64,000 nt of DNA from Myxococcota bacterium. Lineage in GTDB: Bacteria; Myxococcota_A; Polyangia; Nannocystales; Nannocystaceae. The notes beneath the pieces were generated by a model. The model was not told the DNA's origin and did no database searches. It was given only the letters and a program-made list of their open reading frames with translations. The stretch spans positions 453,632 to 517,631 of the forward strand of contig JBCCHT010000003.1 in NCBI GenBank assembly GCA_039028615.1, given 5' to 3'. The position numbers and the translations under genes were made by a program. Position 1 is the first letter of the stretch. Each line of letters starts with the position of its first letter. This document shows positions 46,536 through 56,175 of this stretch, piece after piece.

Positions 46536-46698
46536 GGGCTCGCGGCGCATCGCTTATACGCCACCCCACCGGGGTCTGCGGCCACGGTCTGTGCGCCGCG
46601 CGACTTCGAGCCTCACGAATTTTTGCCGACTTGGTGGCCTCGCGAACCCGGAAATCTACATCGGAGGTGGTGTCGGATGATGCAGGGGGGAAAACCAC

Positions 46699-47202
46699 AT
46701 GAAGAGGATGCTCAGGAATCACACCGTGACGGCCGTTCTATTGGCCGCGTTCGTTGTGCCGACGGCCGCCGACGCCCAGGCTCCATCGGATGCGGTGGCG
46801 ATGACCGAGGACGGCCAGATGGTCGTGCCGATGGTGAAGGTCGAGATTCAGCACAAGGGTCGCGTGCTGAAGTCCAAGCCGCAGCGCATGGACTGGGACG
46901 AAGCCGGCTCGGTTCGCCTCGAGCGCGGCGAACGAGTGCACGACGTGACCGTGCAGATCACCCGCAAGGACGAGCAGTCCAAGAAGCTGAAGGTCACCCT
47001 GACCTATGAGCTCGACGGTGAGCTGGTGATCGAGGACTACGCCTACGACACCAAGCCCCGCAAACGCGAGGTGCTGCGTACCGATGGCGTCGCCCTCGCG
47101 GTGACCGTCACGCCCAAGGCGATCGACGACGGCTCGCCCAACCAACGCGAAGACAAGCTCGAGGGACCGACCGATCCCAACGACCCGCTCGCGGGCCTTT
47201 GA
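46699..47202 (+). CDS. Hypothetical secreted protein
   Basis: Signal peptide ending ADA; beta-rich body; DPNDPLAGL tail. Confidence 0.75.
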   Translation: MKRMLRNHTVTAVLLAAFVVPTAADAQAPSDAVAMTEDGQMVVPMVKVEIQHKGRVLKSKPQRMDWDEAGSVRLERGERVHDVTVQITRKDEQSKKLKVTLTYELDGELVIEDYAYDTKPRKREVLRTDGVALAVTVTPKAIDDGSPNQREDKLEGPTDPNDPLAGL

Positions 47203-47395
47203 GGAATCGGCGACGGTCGGCCCGACGCGGAGGAACGGAGGGCCGACCGCCGTCGCCCACGGCGACGGTGCGGTTCGCCGCATGGCTGACGAGTCCGGGG
47301 GGGATCGTCAGCCATGCGGTGGCACGCGTAACGGGGAAGAGACATTCAATGAAAGCCGCTACTTAGGAGGCCGAACGGTCGGGCTGCTAGCATCC

Positions 47396-49075
47396 GTGGC
47401 CATCGCGGGAGCTTCCCCAGAGGCCGGCCAGCCCACGTCGGCGCGGCGCCCATCTCCGGCCGCCATCGTGCTGGCAGTGGTGGTGACGGCGGCGTTCGTC
47501 GTGCACGCGCGTGCGTGGGAGTTCATCTGCGACGACGCGTACATCTCGTTTCGCTACGCTCGCAATCTCGCCGAGTACGGGGCTCCGGTGTTCAACGTGC
47601 TGCCCTTCGAGCGCGTCGAGGGTTACACGAACTTCCTGTGGGTGGTGGTCCTGGCGGGCTTTCAGGTCGTGGGCATCGCTCCGCCGGACGCCGCGGTCGC
47701 GCTGACGCAGCTCGGAGCGCTGGGAGGCCTCGTCGCGGCGGTGCTGCTGGGCCGCGGGCTGCGACGGGCGGCGTCCGATCCCGCCCCGGGCCTGCGCGTG
47801 GTGGATCTCGTGCCCGCGTTGCTGCTCGTGGCCGTGCCCGAGCACATGGTCTGGTCGCACGGCGGGCTCGAGACGAGCTGGGCGGGCGCGTTGGCCATCG
47901 GGTCGATGGCGGCGTGGTCGTTCGGCCGCTACCGCGCGGCGGCTGGTCTCGCGGTGGCGACCGCCCTGATGCGCCCCGACGGCCTGCTGCCCATCGCCAT
48001 CTTTGGCCTGACGTGGCTGCTGGTGGTCGGCACTCCGGTCGTGTGGCGCGAGCGCAAGGCCGCGCTGGGTCGCGTGCCCAAGAAACGACTGGTCCAGGCG
48101 GCGGTGATCTTCGTGGTCCCGCTGCTCATCCACCTGCTGTGGCGGCGCAACTACTATGGGTCCTGGCTGCCCAACACCTGGGCGATCAAGGCGCACGGGG
48201 CCCTGCTGCGCGACACCTACGGCGTAGCCTATGTGCAGGCGTGGCTCGACGCGTTCCCGCTGGTCTACGTTTCGCCGCTGGCGTTGATGCTGCGACCGCG
48301 GCACCTGCTCGTCGCCCTGCCCCTCGCGGCGGTGGTCGGCTACGGCTACTGGGTCGGCGGTGACTTCATGGCCTACGGGCGCTTTTACATCGTGGCCACC
48401 GGGTTGCTCGCGGTGCTGGTGGGCTGGCTGCTCGCCGATGCAGCGGCGGCCCTGACCCGGGTGCTGCCCTCGAACGTCGCGACCGCGATCGCACTCGGGG
48501 CTGCGCTGGCGCTGGCGGGCGCGTTGGGGTCCCAGACGCACGCCCGCTGGACGGCGGACATGGCCAAGCCCACCGGCTGGCTCGACGGCAAGTGGGAAGG
48601 CGTGGCGTCGATGGATCGCTTCGCTCGCGTGGGCCGAGCCGTCGGCGAGTGGATGCACGCCAACCTCCCGCCCGAGACCATGATCACGGTGGGGGCCGCG
48701 GGCGCGGTGCCCTATGGCGCGAACCTCCCCGTCGTGGACGGCTTCGGTCTGGTCGATCCCAACCTCGTGCACATGCCCAAGCTCCGCCCTTACAAGGGCC
48801 CGGGGGCGCGGCCGGGACACCAGATCATCGCCCCCAACCGCTACATGAAGTCCCGCGATCCCGACCTGCTGTGCCACGTCGGCTATCGCGGAGCACGACG
48901 TCCGAGCGAGCGTCGGGCGCGGCCGGCCTTCCGTCGCGGATATGTGTGGGCGTGCATCGAGCCCCCTCCGGTTCCCGATCCGCGGGCCAAGGGCGGGCAG
49001 CTCGACGTGGGCTTCTACTGCTGCCGACGCCCGCGGGATCGCGTGGTGGGGCCCTTCGGTCGGGAGCCTCGATGA
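47396..49075 (+). CDS. GT-C fold glycosyltransferase (AftB-like, DDAYI family)
   Basis: CDDAYISFRYARNL, VEGYTNFLW, GLET, RPDG, LPNT..K, GGDFM. Confidence 0.85.
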   Translation: MAIAGASPEAGQPTSARRPSPAAIVLAVVVTAAFVVHARAWEFICDDAYISFRYARNLAEYGAPVFNVLPFERVEGYTNFLWVVVLAGFQVVGIAPPDAAVALTQLGALGGLVAAVLLGRGLRRAASDPAPGLRVVDLVPALLLVAVPEHMVWSHGGLETSWAGALAIGSMAAWSFGRYRAAAGLAVATALMRPDGLLPIAIFGLTWLLVVGTPVVWRERKAALGRVPKKRLVQAAVIFVVPLLIHLLWRRNYYGSWLPNTWAIKAHGALLRDTYGVAYVQAWLDAFPLVYVSPLALMLRPRHLLVALPLAAVVGYGYWVGGDFMAYGRFYIVATGLLAVLVGWLLADAAAALTRVLPSNVATAIALGAALALAGALGSQTHARWTADMAKPTGWLDGKWEGVASMDRFARVGRAVGEWMHANLPPETMITVGAAGAVPYGANLPVVDGFGLVDPNLVHMPKLRPYKGPGARPGHQIIAPNRYMKSRDPDLLCHVGYRGARRPSERRARPAFRRGYVWACIEPPPVPDPRAKGGQLDVGFYCCRRPRDRVVGPFGREPR

Positions 49076-51129
49076 GCGAGCCGAGCCGCGCGCTGGTCAT
49101 CGGTCGCCGCACCATCGAGGTGATGGCGGCCGGCTGGGTCCTGCTGCTGCTCGTGGTGTTTGTGTGGCGCGTGGGCTTTCCGCTCGAGCTCGAGTGGATG
49201 GAAGGCGGCATGCTGCACCAGGCGCATCGGATCGCGCACGGGCGGTCGCCCTATCCGCCGCCGAGCCCCGAGTTCGTGCCGTTTTTGTACACGCCGCTGT
49301 ACTCGGTGGTGTTGGCCGTGCTCGGGTTCGTGTTCCCGCTGGGCTACACGCTGGGTCGGGTGGTCAGCATCCTCGCCTGGGCGGCGACGCTTTCGGCGGT
49401 GTGGAAGGCGGTGGTGGGCGAAGACAAGCCCCGGGCCCATGCCGCGCTGGCGGTGGGCCTGTGCTGCGCGGGCTATGTGTTCACGTTCCGTTGGCTCGAC
49501 GTCGCGCGACCCGACACCTTGTTCATCGCGCTGGTGATGTGGGCCCTGGTGCTGCTGCGACGCAGCCCGGACAAGTGGACGCATGCGGTGTGGGCGGGCG
49601 TGTTGATGGCGCTGGCCTTTTGGACCAAGCAGACGGCCGCCTCGTTCGTGATCGCCTCGGGTCTGGGCGCGCTGTTCATCGCGCCGCGTCGCTTGCCGAT
49701 CTATGCGGGCGTCATCGCGATCATCGACGGCGGCGGCGTGCTGCTGGGCAACGCGCTCACCGATGGCCAGCTGTGGAGCTACATTTATGAGCTCCACCAG
49801 AGCCACGCGTTCAACGAAGAGCGCTTCACCACCAAGACCTGGGGCATGTTCGTGCACGGTTGGCCCCTGGTGGTGCTGGTGCTGCTCGGCGTGCTGTCGC
49901 GTGGACTGGGGCGAGTGCCGGCTCGGATCCGCCGCTTTCGCGCCAAGGAGCCCGGCCTCGGTCCGCTGCGCGGCGTGGCCTACTGGGCGCTCATGGCCGG
50001 GGCGGGCCTGCTGGTCTCGGCCCTCGGCTACTCGACCCAGTGGGCGGAGCCCAACGCGTTCATTCCCGGGGTGGTGCTCGGCGCGGTCGCGATTGCGATC
50101 GCATTGCCGGTCGGAGGGATTCGCGAGCTGCTGGCCCTGGGCGGGCTCGGTCTGCAGCTAGTGCTGTGCCTGGTCGCCGAGCCGATGTACCAGCCCGTGC
50201 AGAGCCACGGCATGAAGGGCCTCGGCCGCAGCTACGCGTGGCAGGACCCGTGGCGGACCCTGCCGCGCTCCGAGGCCTGGGACCGCGCGGCGCAGCTTCG
50301 TCAGCAGCTGGCCGACACCGACGGCGAGGTCTTTGCCCTGCATCGCCCGTGGTGGTCGGTGCTGGCGGGGGGCTCGGGGCACGTGGGCAGCATGGGGGTC
50401 ACCGATGTGCTGCCCGAGGATCGCAAGGCCATCGAAGCGGCGATCCGCAAGGCGGTGCTCGAGCAGCGCTACGCCAAGATCTTCATCGAGGGTGAACCCC
50501 CGCGGTGGCTCGCCAGCGCGCTGCGACGCAACTACCGGCTGCACGATCGTCGCCAGGGCGCACGCCGGGTCCGACCGATGAGCGGATACATGTCCGACGC
50601 GGGCATGGTCACCGCCTATCGCCGTGACCAGCTCGAGTTCGGCCCGCCCGTGGTCGTCGAGCCACCGCCCGAGGTCACGGTGATCGCCGACTTCGAGAGC
50701 GGCACGCTCGAGGGCTTCGAGTCCGAGGGCTCGGCGTTCTCGCGACCCCAGCGGGGCGGAGCCCGGCGCTTGCCCATGGTGGGCTCGTACGGCGGGGACT
50801 GGCTGCTGTCGAGCGGCGGCCGCTCGGGTCGAGACGTGCTGGTCGGCACCACGACATCGCCCCTCATCACCTTGCCGCAGGAAGGCTCGCTACGGATGCG
50901 CGCCGGCTTCGCGGGCAAGCGCGTCCGCGGTCTGTGGATCGAGCTGGTGGAGCACGGGGGCGGGGGCCGGACCCAAAGGCTCCGAGTGCCACGCTCGCGC
51001 AACGCCCTGAGCGAGGTGCGGTGGCCGATCCCGGCGGATTGGGCCGGGGCCCAGGTACGAGTACGCCTCGGGGACGAAGCCCCCGAGGCGTCACTTTACT
51101 TTGACGAACTGTGGGTCAGCGCCGGCTAG
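49072..51129 (+). CDS. GT-C fold glycosyltransferase (PMT_2-like) with periplasmic C-terminal beta domain
   Basis: ELEWMEG, YTPLY, GRVVS, ARPD, WTKQ; IADFESG domain; ATGA overlap. Confidence 0.82.
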   Translation: MSEPSRALVIGRRTIEVMAAGWVLLLLVVFVWRVGFPLELEWMEGGMLHQAHRIAHGRSPYPPPSPEFVPFLYTPLYSVVLAVLGFVFPLGYTLGRVVSILAWAATLSAVWKAVVGEDKPRAHAALAVGLCCAGYVFTFRWLDVARPDTLFIALVMWALVLLRRSPDKWTHAVWAGVLMALAFWTKQTAASFVIASGLGALFIAPRRLPIYAGVIAIIDGGGVLLGNALTDGQLWSYIYELHQSHAFNEERFTTKTWGMFVHGWPLVVLVLLGVLSRGLGRVPARIRRFRAKEPGLGPLRGVAYWALMAGAGLLVSALGYSTQWAEPNAFIPGVVLGAVAIAIALPVGGIRELLALGGLGLQLVLCLVAEPMYQPVQSHGMKGLGRSYAWQDPWRTLPRSEAWDRAAQLRQQLADTDGEVFALHRPWWSVLAGGSGHVGSMGVTDVLPEDRKAIEAAIRKAVLEQRYAKIFIEGEPPRWLASALRRNYRLHDRRQGARRVRPMSGYMSDAGMVTAYRRDQLEFGPPVVVEPPPEVTVIADFESGTLEGFESEGSAFSRPQRGGARRLPMVGSYGGDWLLSSGGRSGRDVLVGTTTSPLITLPQEGSLRMRAGFAGKRVRGLWIELVEHGGGGRTQRLRVPRSRNALSEVRWPIPADWAGAQVRVRLGDEAPEASLYFDELWVSAG

Positions 51130-51560
51130 TACGCCATGCGGACGATGTCGCGGGTAATCCGGACCGTCTTCTCACCACCACAGGGGTACGCGACGGTCAC
51201 GTCGACCGTGCTGCCGGGAGCGCCACGGATGGCGGCGGCCCAGTCCTCGAGCGAACGGGGGTCGCGATCATCGACGGCGACGAGCCGGTTGCCTTGGCGC
51301 AGGATGCCGGCCGCAGGCGAGCCCGGAAGCACGCGACGGACGATGACCTCGCCGCGGTGACGCTCGATGACGACGCCGATCCCACTGTAGGTGTAGGCCC
51401 GGTCGACTCGTTGATAGGAGTCGCAGTCGCGAGTGCCCATGCGCACCATGACGGCGGCAGAGGTGACGACGGAACCGGCGAGCACGATGGCTCCGAGTAC
51501 GGCACGACGAGTCGTGCGCCAGCGGGCAAGAGTGGTACGGATCGAATCAGCAGAGCGCAT
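51126..51560 (-). CDS. Small membrane-anchored PDZ domain protein
   Basis: YSGIGV, VLPGSPAA..LRQGN, IRGAPGSTV (CtpA-type PDZ); no protease domain. Confidence 0.85.
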   Translation of the reverse strand: MRSADSIRTTLARWRTTRRAVLGAIVLAGSVVTSAAVMVRMGTRDCDSYQRVDRAYTYSGIGVVIERHRGEVIVRRVLPGSPAAGILRQGNRLVAVDDRDPRSLEDWAAAIRGAPGSTVDVTVAYPCGGEKTVRITRDIVRMAY

Positions 51561-52044
51561 GGTCCAGGTGGCCTCCCAAACGTCAGTCAGCCGACAGTCT
51601 TTCACACCTGTGTAAGCCTGCCAAGCGGCGCCTTCGGCGAAATTTGCGGACGCCGACCGACCTCCGAAGTTTCGTTTCTCCGTCGATTTTTCCCGCGCTC
51701 AATGTCGGTTTACCGCACGACGGCGTGCATTCGTGGCGTGCTCGCGTGCGAACGGGAATTGCCGACGCTCCGTCGGTGCGAGACGGGCCGCGACGGTGGC
51801 CCAGGGCGAGGGACGAACCCGCCATTGCTGACACTCGGGCGGTCATCGACGATCCGCTGTGCCACCGCTCGAGGCGACGTCCGTCACCTTTGCTACCACC
51901 GAGCGGGAGATCGCCTTTGCGACAGTGGCGGGGTCGAGCAATGGCCTCCGAACGCCCTCCCGCGGCGGTCTGGGGCCGCGTGAGCTCCGCTCGAATTTGC
52001 GGAGATGTTTCAATGCCGGGAAGGGTCGGCTATAGCGTCGTCCC

Positions 52045-53013
52045 ATGAGCGGACGTGGCTGGCGTCGTATGGCCTGGATGACCCTTGGCGGGGGTCTCCT
52101 GCTGTGTTCTTCGGCGTGCAAGCCCGAGCCCTCCGAGGCGAGCGGATCGCCCGAGAAGGCGTCTGCGGCCGAGCCCGCGCCCGCCCCGGCTCAGGCGGCC
52201 GAGCCTGCCGTCGAGGAGGGCGCGACTCTCGCAGCCGGGACCCCGGCCGTGGCGGAGCCGGATGCGCTCGATCCGCAGCCCGAGCCCGAGCCCGCGGTGG
52301 CCGAGCCCGAGCCCGAGCCGGAGCCCGAGTTCGTCCCGCCCGAAGAGCCGCTGAAGGTGCTGATGCTCGGCGACAGCCTGGTGGCGACCGGCATCGGGGC
52401 CCTGCTCGAGCGTCGGCTCGACAATCACCCCCACGTGGTCTGCTACCGCAAGGGCAAGAGCTCCTCCGGCCTGGCCCGCCCTGATTTCTTCGACTGGCCG
52501 ATGGAGGCCAAGGCCCACATGGAGTGGCGCAAGCCCGATCTGGTCATCGTCATCCTCGGTGGGAATGACGGCCAGGACCTCACGCGTCGGAGCAACGGGC
52601 AGGGGCGGCGGGTCGCGTGGGATCACGAAGACTGGCCGTCGGCCTACCGCGAGCGCGTCGATGACTTCCTCGGGCGAGTCACCACGGATGACACGAGAGT
52701 CCTCTGGCTCGGTTTGCCCCATATGGGGATGCGGAGCCTGGAGAAGAAGCTCACCATCATCCGCGACGTTCAGCAGAACGCGGTGGAGGCGCTCGGCGAC
52801 AAGGGCGTGTACCTCGACACCGTACCTTTCGTTACCACCGAAGACGGAGATCTCCTCGAGCAGGCCAAGGTCGGCCCGAAGGACAAGCTCCAGACGCTGC
52901 GGGCGAAAGACGGGATCCACTTCACCATGGCGGGCAGCGAGTACTTCGCGGACCTCGTTTACCCCCGCGTCTTGGAAGCTCTCGAGCTGCCGGACGTCCA
53001 ACCAGAGCCGTAG
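52045..53013 (+). CDS. SGNH/GDSL hydrolase lipoprotein (DUF459)
   Basis: GDSL, SSGLARPDFFDW, GGND, DGIH. Confidence 0.92.
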   Translation: MSGRGWRRMAWMTLGGGLLLCSSACKPEPSEASGSPEKASAAEPAPAPAQAAEPAVEEGATLAAGTPAVAEPDALDPQPEPEPAVAEPEPEPEPEFVPPEEPLKVLMLGDSLVATGIGALLERRLDNHPHVVCYRKGKSSSGLARPDFFDWPMEAKAHMEWRKPDLVIVILGGNDGQDLTRRSNGQGRRVAWDHEDWPSAYRERVDDFLGRVTTDDTRVLWLGLPHMGMRSLEKKLTIIRDVQQNAVEALGDKGVYLDTVPFVTTEDGDLLEQAKVGPKDKLQTLRAKDGIHFTMAGSEYFADLVYPRVLEALELPDVQPEP

Positions 53014-53061
53014 CCGCGGACCCGAAGCCCCCGCGGTCCTGCGTTGCCCTTGAGATCGTCG

Positions 53062-54249
53062 ATGCATGCCGCCCGCCTAGCCCGAGCCGTCCCTCTTCTG
53101 CTCACGCTGGGCTGTGCCTTCGGTGGCCCCACCGCCGCCGCTTCGGTCGACGCCGCCGGGCCCGGCTTCTACTCGGGCTCGGGCTGGTGGCACGCCGCCG
53201 CAGCCGAGCCCGCCGCGGAGCTCGACGACGGCACCGAGGCGTCGGCCAAGCCCGCGCGCACGTGGATCAAGCACAAGGTCGTCCCTCGCGAGACGCTCTA
53301 CACCATTGCCGATCGCTACGGGGTCACCCGTGACGCGATCATCAAGTGGAACAAGAAGAAGCTCGGCAAGAAGAAGTGGATCTACGCCAACCAGGTGCTG
53401 AAGATCCACGCGCGCATCGTTCGGCCGCCGCGCGAGAAGATTACGTACGTCATCCAAAAGCGCGATACCTGGCCGAAGATCGCCAAGAAGTTCGGCATCC
53501 CCACCGCCGATCTCAAGGCCTGGAACCCCAAGACCAAGAAGCGGGGCCTCATCGCGGGCAAGACCCTCAAGGTCTATACCGACCCCAAGGCGCCCAAGGG
53601 CTCCGTCGCCGCGGGAACGCCCGGGGGCACGGAGAGCACCGAGCCGCTGCCCGAGTTCCACGTGCGCTCGGGCGGCATCGCGGTGGGCAAGCCCAATCGC
53701 GGGCGGCTGGTCAACGGCGTGCGGCTGCCCGCCTCGGACATGGTCAAGATCCTCGACAAGGACAAGGTCTGGGGGACGAGCCACACCATCACCCTGCTGC
53801 AGACGGCGCTCGCCGACTTTCGCCGCGACTCGGGCTACGACAAGCCGCTCACCGTCAGCTCCATCAGCCGCAAGGGGGGCGGGCGCTTCCGTCCGCACAA
53901 GTCGCATCAGACCGGCCGTGACGTCGACATTCGACTGCCGCGCAAGTCCGGCACGGTCAAGAACTCCGCCCCGTCGTCCATCGACTGGACGATGACCTGG
54001 TACCTGGTCAAGTCGCTCGTCGACACGGGGGAGGTCGAGTACATCTTCGTGTCGTGGTCGCGGCAGAAATACCTCCGCCGGGCGGCGCAGAGCGCCGGGG
54101 CGACCAAGGCCGAGCTCGACAAGATCATCCAGTACCCGCGCAAGGCCAAGACCAACAAGGGTGTGGTCCGGCACTCGCCCGGGCACGACGTCCACCTGCA
54201 CGTGCGCTTCACGTGTACGCCGGGCAACACCCGCTGCTTGACCTACTGA
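53062..54249 (+). CDS. LysM domain-containing penicillin-insensitive murein endopeptidase (MepA-like)
   Basis: Two LysM-like repeats; GRLVNG, WGT, HKSHQTGRDVD, GHDVHLHVR. Confidence 0.9.
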   Translation: MHAARLARAVPLLLTLGCAFGGPTAAASVDAAGPGFYSGSGWWHAAAAEPAAELDDGTEASAKPARTWIKHKVVPRETLYTIADRYGVTRDAIIKWNKKKLGKKKWIYANQVLKIHARIVRPPREKITYVIQKRDTWPKIAKKFGIPTADLKAWNPKTKKRGLIAGKTLKVYTDPKAPKGSVAAGTPGGTESTEPLPEFHVRSGGIAVGKPNRGRLVNGVRLPASDMVKILDKDKVWGTSHTITLLQTALADFRRDSGYDKPLTVSSISRKGGGRFRPHKSHQTGRDVDIRLPRKSGTVKNSAPSSIDWTMTWYLVKSLVDTGEVEYIFVSWSRQKYLRRAAQSAGATKAELDKIIQYPRKAKTNKGVVRHSPGHDVHLHVRFTCTPGNTRCLTY

Positions 54250-54356
54250 GCGGCGGCCGGCTGGGGCCCCCCGCTACGGTAACGATCGCGCGTCGGGAAC
54301 CGATTGCTGCTTGCGAACCTCGGTGGCGTGCGCCACGGTCGCAACGGAGAATTGGC

Positions 54357-55328
54357 ATGGGACGTTTGATCGACGGCACCTGGTATCGCGAAGACGAGTT
54401 CCCCATCGACGCCAAGGGGGCCTTCGTACGCGCTCAGTCGAGCTTTCGGCGCGCCATCTCGGCCGAGCCCGGGGCCGAGTTTCCCGTGGCCGCCGGTCGC
54501 TACCATCTGTATGTCGCGTGGGCGTGCCCCTGGGCGCATCGCGTGCTCATCGGGCGCGAGCTGCTCGGGCTGCAGGAGGCCATCTCCGTGTGCGCCGCCC
54601 ATGCCCACATGGGAGACGACGGCTGGGTCTTCACCCCGGGCATCGCCGAGATTCCCGACCCCGTCCTCGGCATCGATCACCTCTGGGAGGTCTACGCGAA
54701 GGCCGACCCGAAGTGCAGCAGCCGCGCCACCGTGCCCGTGCTGTGGGATCGCGAGACGGGGACCATCGTCAACAACGAGTCGCGCGAGATCCTGCGGATG
54801 ATGACCACGCAGATGACCGCGCTGCATCGCGAGGGGGCGCCCGACCTGTGCCCCGCCGACCTGCGCGGCCGCATCGAGGAGACCATCGATGCGATCTACG
54901 AGCCGATCAACAACGGGGTGTACCGCTCCGGGTTCGCGCATAGCCAGTCTGCCCACGAGTCGGCGGTGCGGGAGCTGTTCGCCGCGCTCGATCACTGGGA
55001 CGAGGTACTGGGCACGCAGCGCTACACCTGCGGTGATCGCTTCACCGAGGCGGACATCTGCCTGTTCACCACGCTGGTGCGCTTCGATTCGGTCTACGCC
55101 ACGCACTTCAAGTGCACGCTGCGGCGGATCATCGACTATCCCAACCTGTGGGGCTTCACGCGCGACGTCTACCAGCGGGCGGGTGTGGCCTCCACCGTGC
55201 ATCTACAGCACATCAAAGAGCACTACTACGGCAGCCACCAGTCGGTGAACCCCAAAGGGCTGGTGCCGCTGGGCCCCCAGCTCGATTTCATGGCGCCGCA
55301 CGGGCGCGAGCAGCTCGGCGGCGCGTAG
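54357..55328 (+). CDS. yqjG: Glutathionyl-hydroquinone reductase (xi-class GST, YqjG/ECM4)
   Basis: CPWAHR, TVPVLWD, IVNNES, INNGVY, TLVRFD, HYYGSH. Confidence 0.93.
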   Translation: MGRLIDGTWYREDEFPIDAKGAFVRAQSSFRRAISAEPGAEFPVAAGRYHLYVAWACPWAHRVLIGRELLGLQEAISVCAAHAHMGDDGWVFTPGIAEIPDPVLGIDHLWEVYAKADPKCSSRATVPVLWDRETGTIVNNESREILRMMTTQMTALHREGAPDLCPADLRGRIEETIDAIYEPINNGVYRSGFAHSQSAHESAVRELFAALDHWDEVLGTQRYTCGDRFTEADICLFTTLVRFDSVYATHFKCTLRRIIDYPNLWGFTRDVYQRAGVASTVHLQHIKEHYYGSHQSVNPKGLVPLGPQLDFMAPHGREQLGGA

Positions 55329-55332
55329 CGAC

Positions 55333-56127
55333 TCAGCTGCGGTCGACGAAGAAGCCCTCGACCGGCGCGAACTCGCTGGGCGGCAGGCCGAACATCTGCT
55401 GGCACGTGCGCGTGAAGTGGGCGCCGTCGGAGAAGCCGGCCGCGAACGCGGCCTCGGTCATGCTCGCGCCGCTCAGGGCGTGGTCGAGGGCCGAGCGCAG
55501 GCGCATCCAGAGGATCCAGCGCCGCAGCGGCAAGCCCATCTGCGCGCGGAACAGGTGCCCGAGGCGGCTCTCGGACAGGCCGACCGCCGCCGCCAGTTCG
55601 TCGCGGCGAGGTGCATCACCGAGCCGCTGCAGCACCAGCGCCTTGACCTGCTCGATGCGTGGATCGAGCGCCTTGGAGCGCGCCCGGGAGTGATCGGCGG
55701 GCAGGATCGAGGCCAGCAGCTCGTCACAGACACGCTGCCCGTCGGCCAGGGTGGTGCGGCGACCGAAGAGCCCTTGCAGCGACGCGCGCAGCTGGCCCAC
55801 GGGCGGCGGCGCAGCGGCGATGGTGCGGGAGCCCAGCCACCGCTCGAGCCCCGCTCCGTCCGCCGAGCGCGGATCGACATAGAACACCGCGACCTTGGGC
55901 CCGTGGATGGTCAGCCGATGCGTGGTGCTGGAGCGAACGAGCACCGCTTGCGCGGAGCGAAGGTGAGGGCCCTGCGGATCCTGCACGTCGAGGCCCAGGG
56001 AATCGAGCGCTACCGACAGCTCGACCGCATCATGGGCGTGCACGGCCGTCTCGGAACGATCGCCCAGGAACAGGCCCCGATCGCTCCATAGAAACGCCGC
56101 ACTTTGTCGCTGCGTCCTGCAGTCCAT
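55333..56127 (-). CDS. AraC family transcriptional regulator
   Basis: HAHDAV cupin; LSESRLGHLF..GFSDGAHFTRT..FGLPPS; start may be 56166. Confidence 0.92.
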   Translation of the reverse strand: MDCRTQRQSAAFLWSDRGLFLGDRSETAVHAHDAVELSVALDSLGLDVQDPQGPHLRSAQAVLVRSSTTHRLTIHGPKVAVFYVDPRSADGAGLERWLGSRTIAAAPPPVGQLRASLQGLFGRRTTLADGQRVCDELLASILPADHSRARSKALDPRIEQVKALVLQRLGDAPRRDELAAAVGLSESRLGHLFRAQMGLPLRRWILWMRLRSALDHALSGASMTEAAFAAGFSDGAHFTRTCQQMFGLPPSEFAPVEGFFVDRS

Positions 56128-56175
56128 ACCCGGCGGGCTCACTCGCCTCGCCCAAGCATGGCCCATAAATCGCGG

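Noticed and set aside
46551..46698. Cobalamin riboswitch upstream of cobT
   Set aside because: No B12-box or GGGAA core seen, and the gap is short and shared with a divergent gene
47207..47272. GC-rich inverted repeat after the secreted-protein gene as a REP or MITE
   Set aside because: No second copy noticed in the window and no U-tract; may be only a pause or stability hairpin
51561..52044. 480-bp divergent gap as a hidden gene or RNA
   Set aside because: Short ORFs lack coding character and no convincing structure is seen; likely promoters
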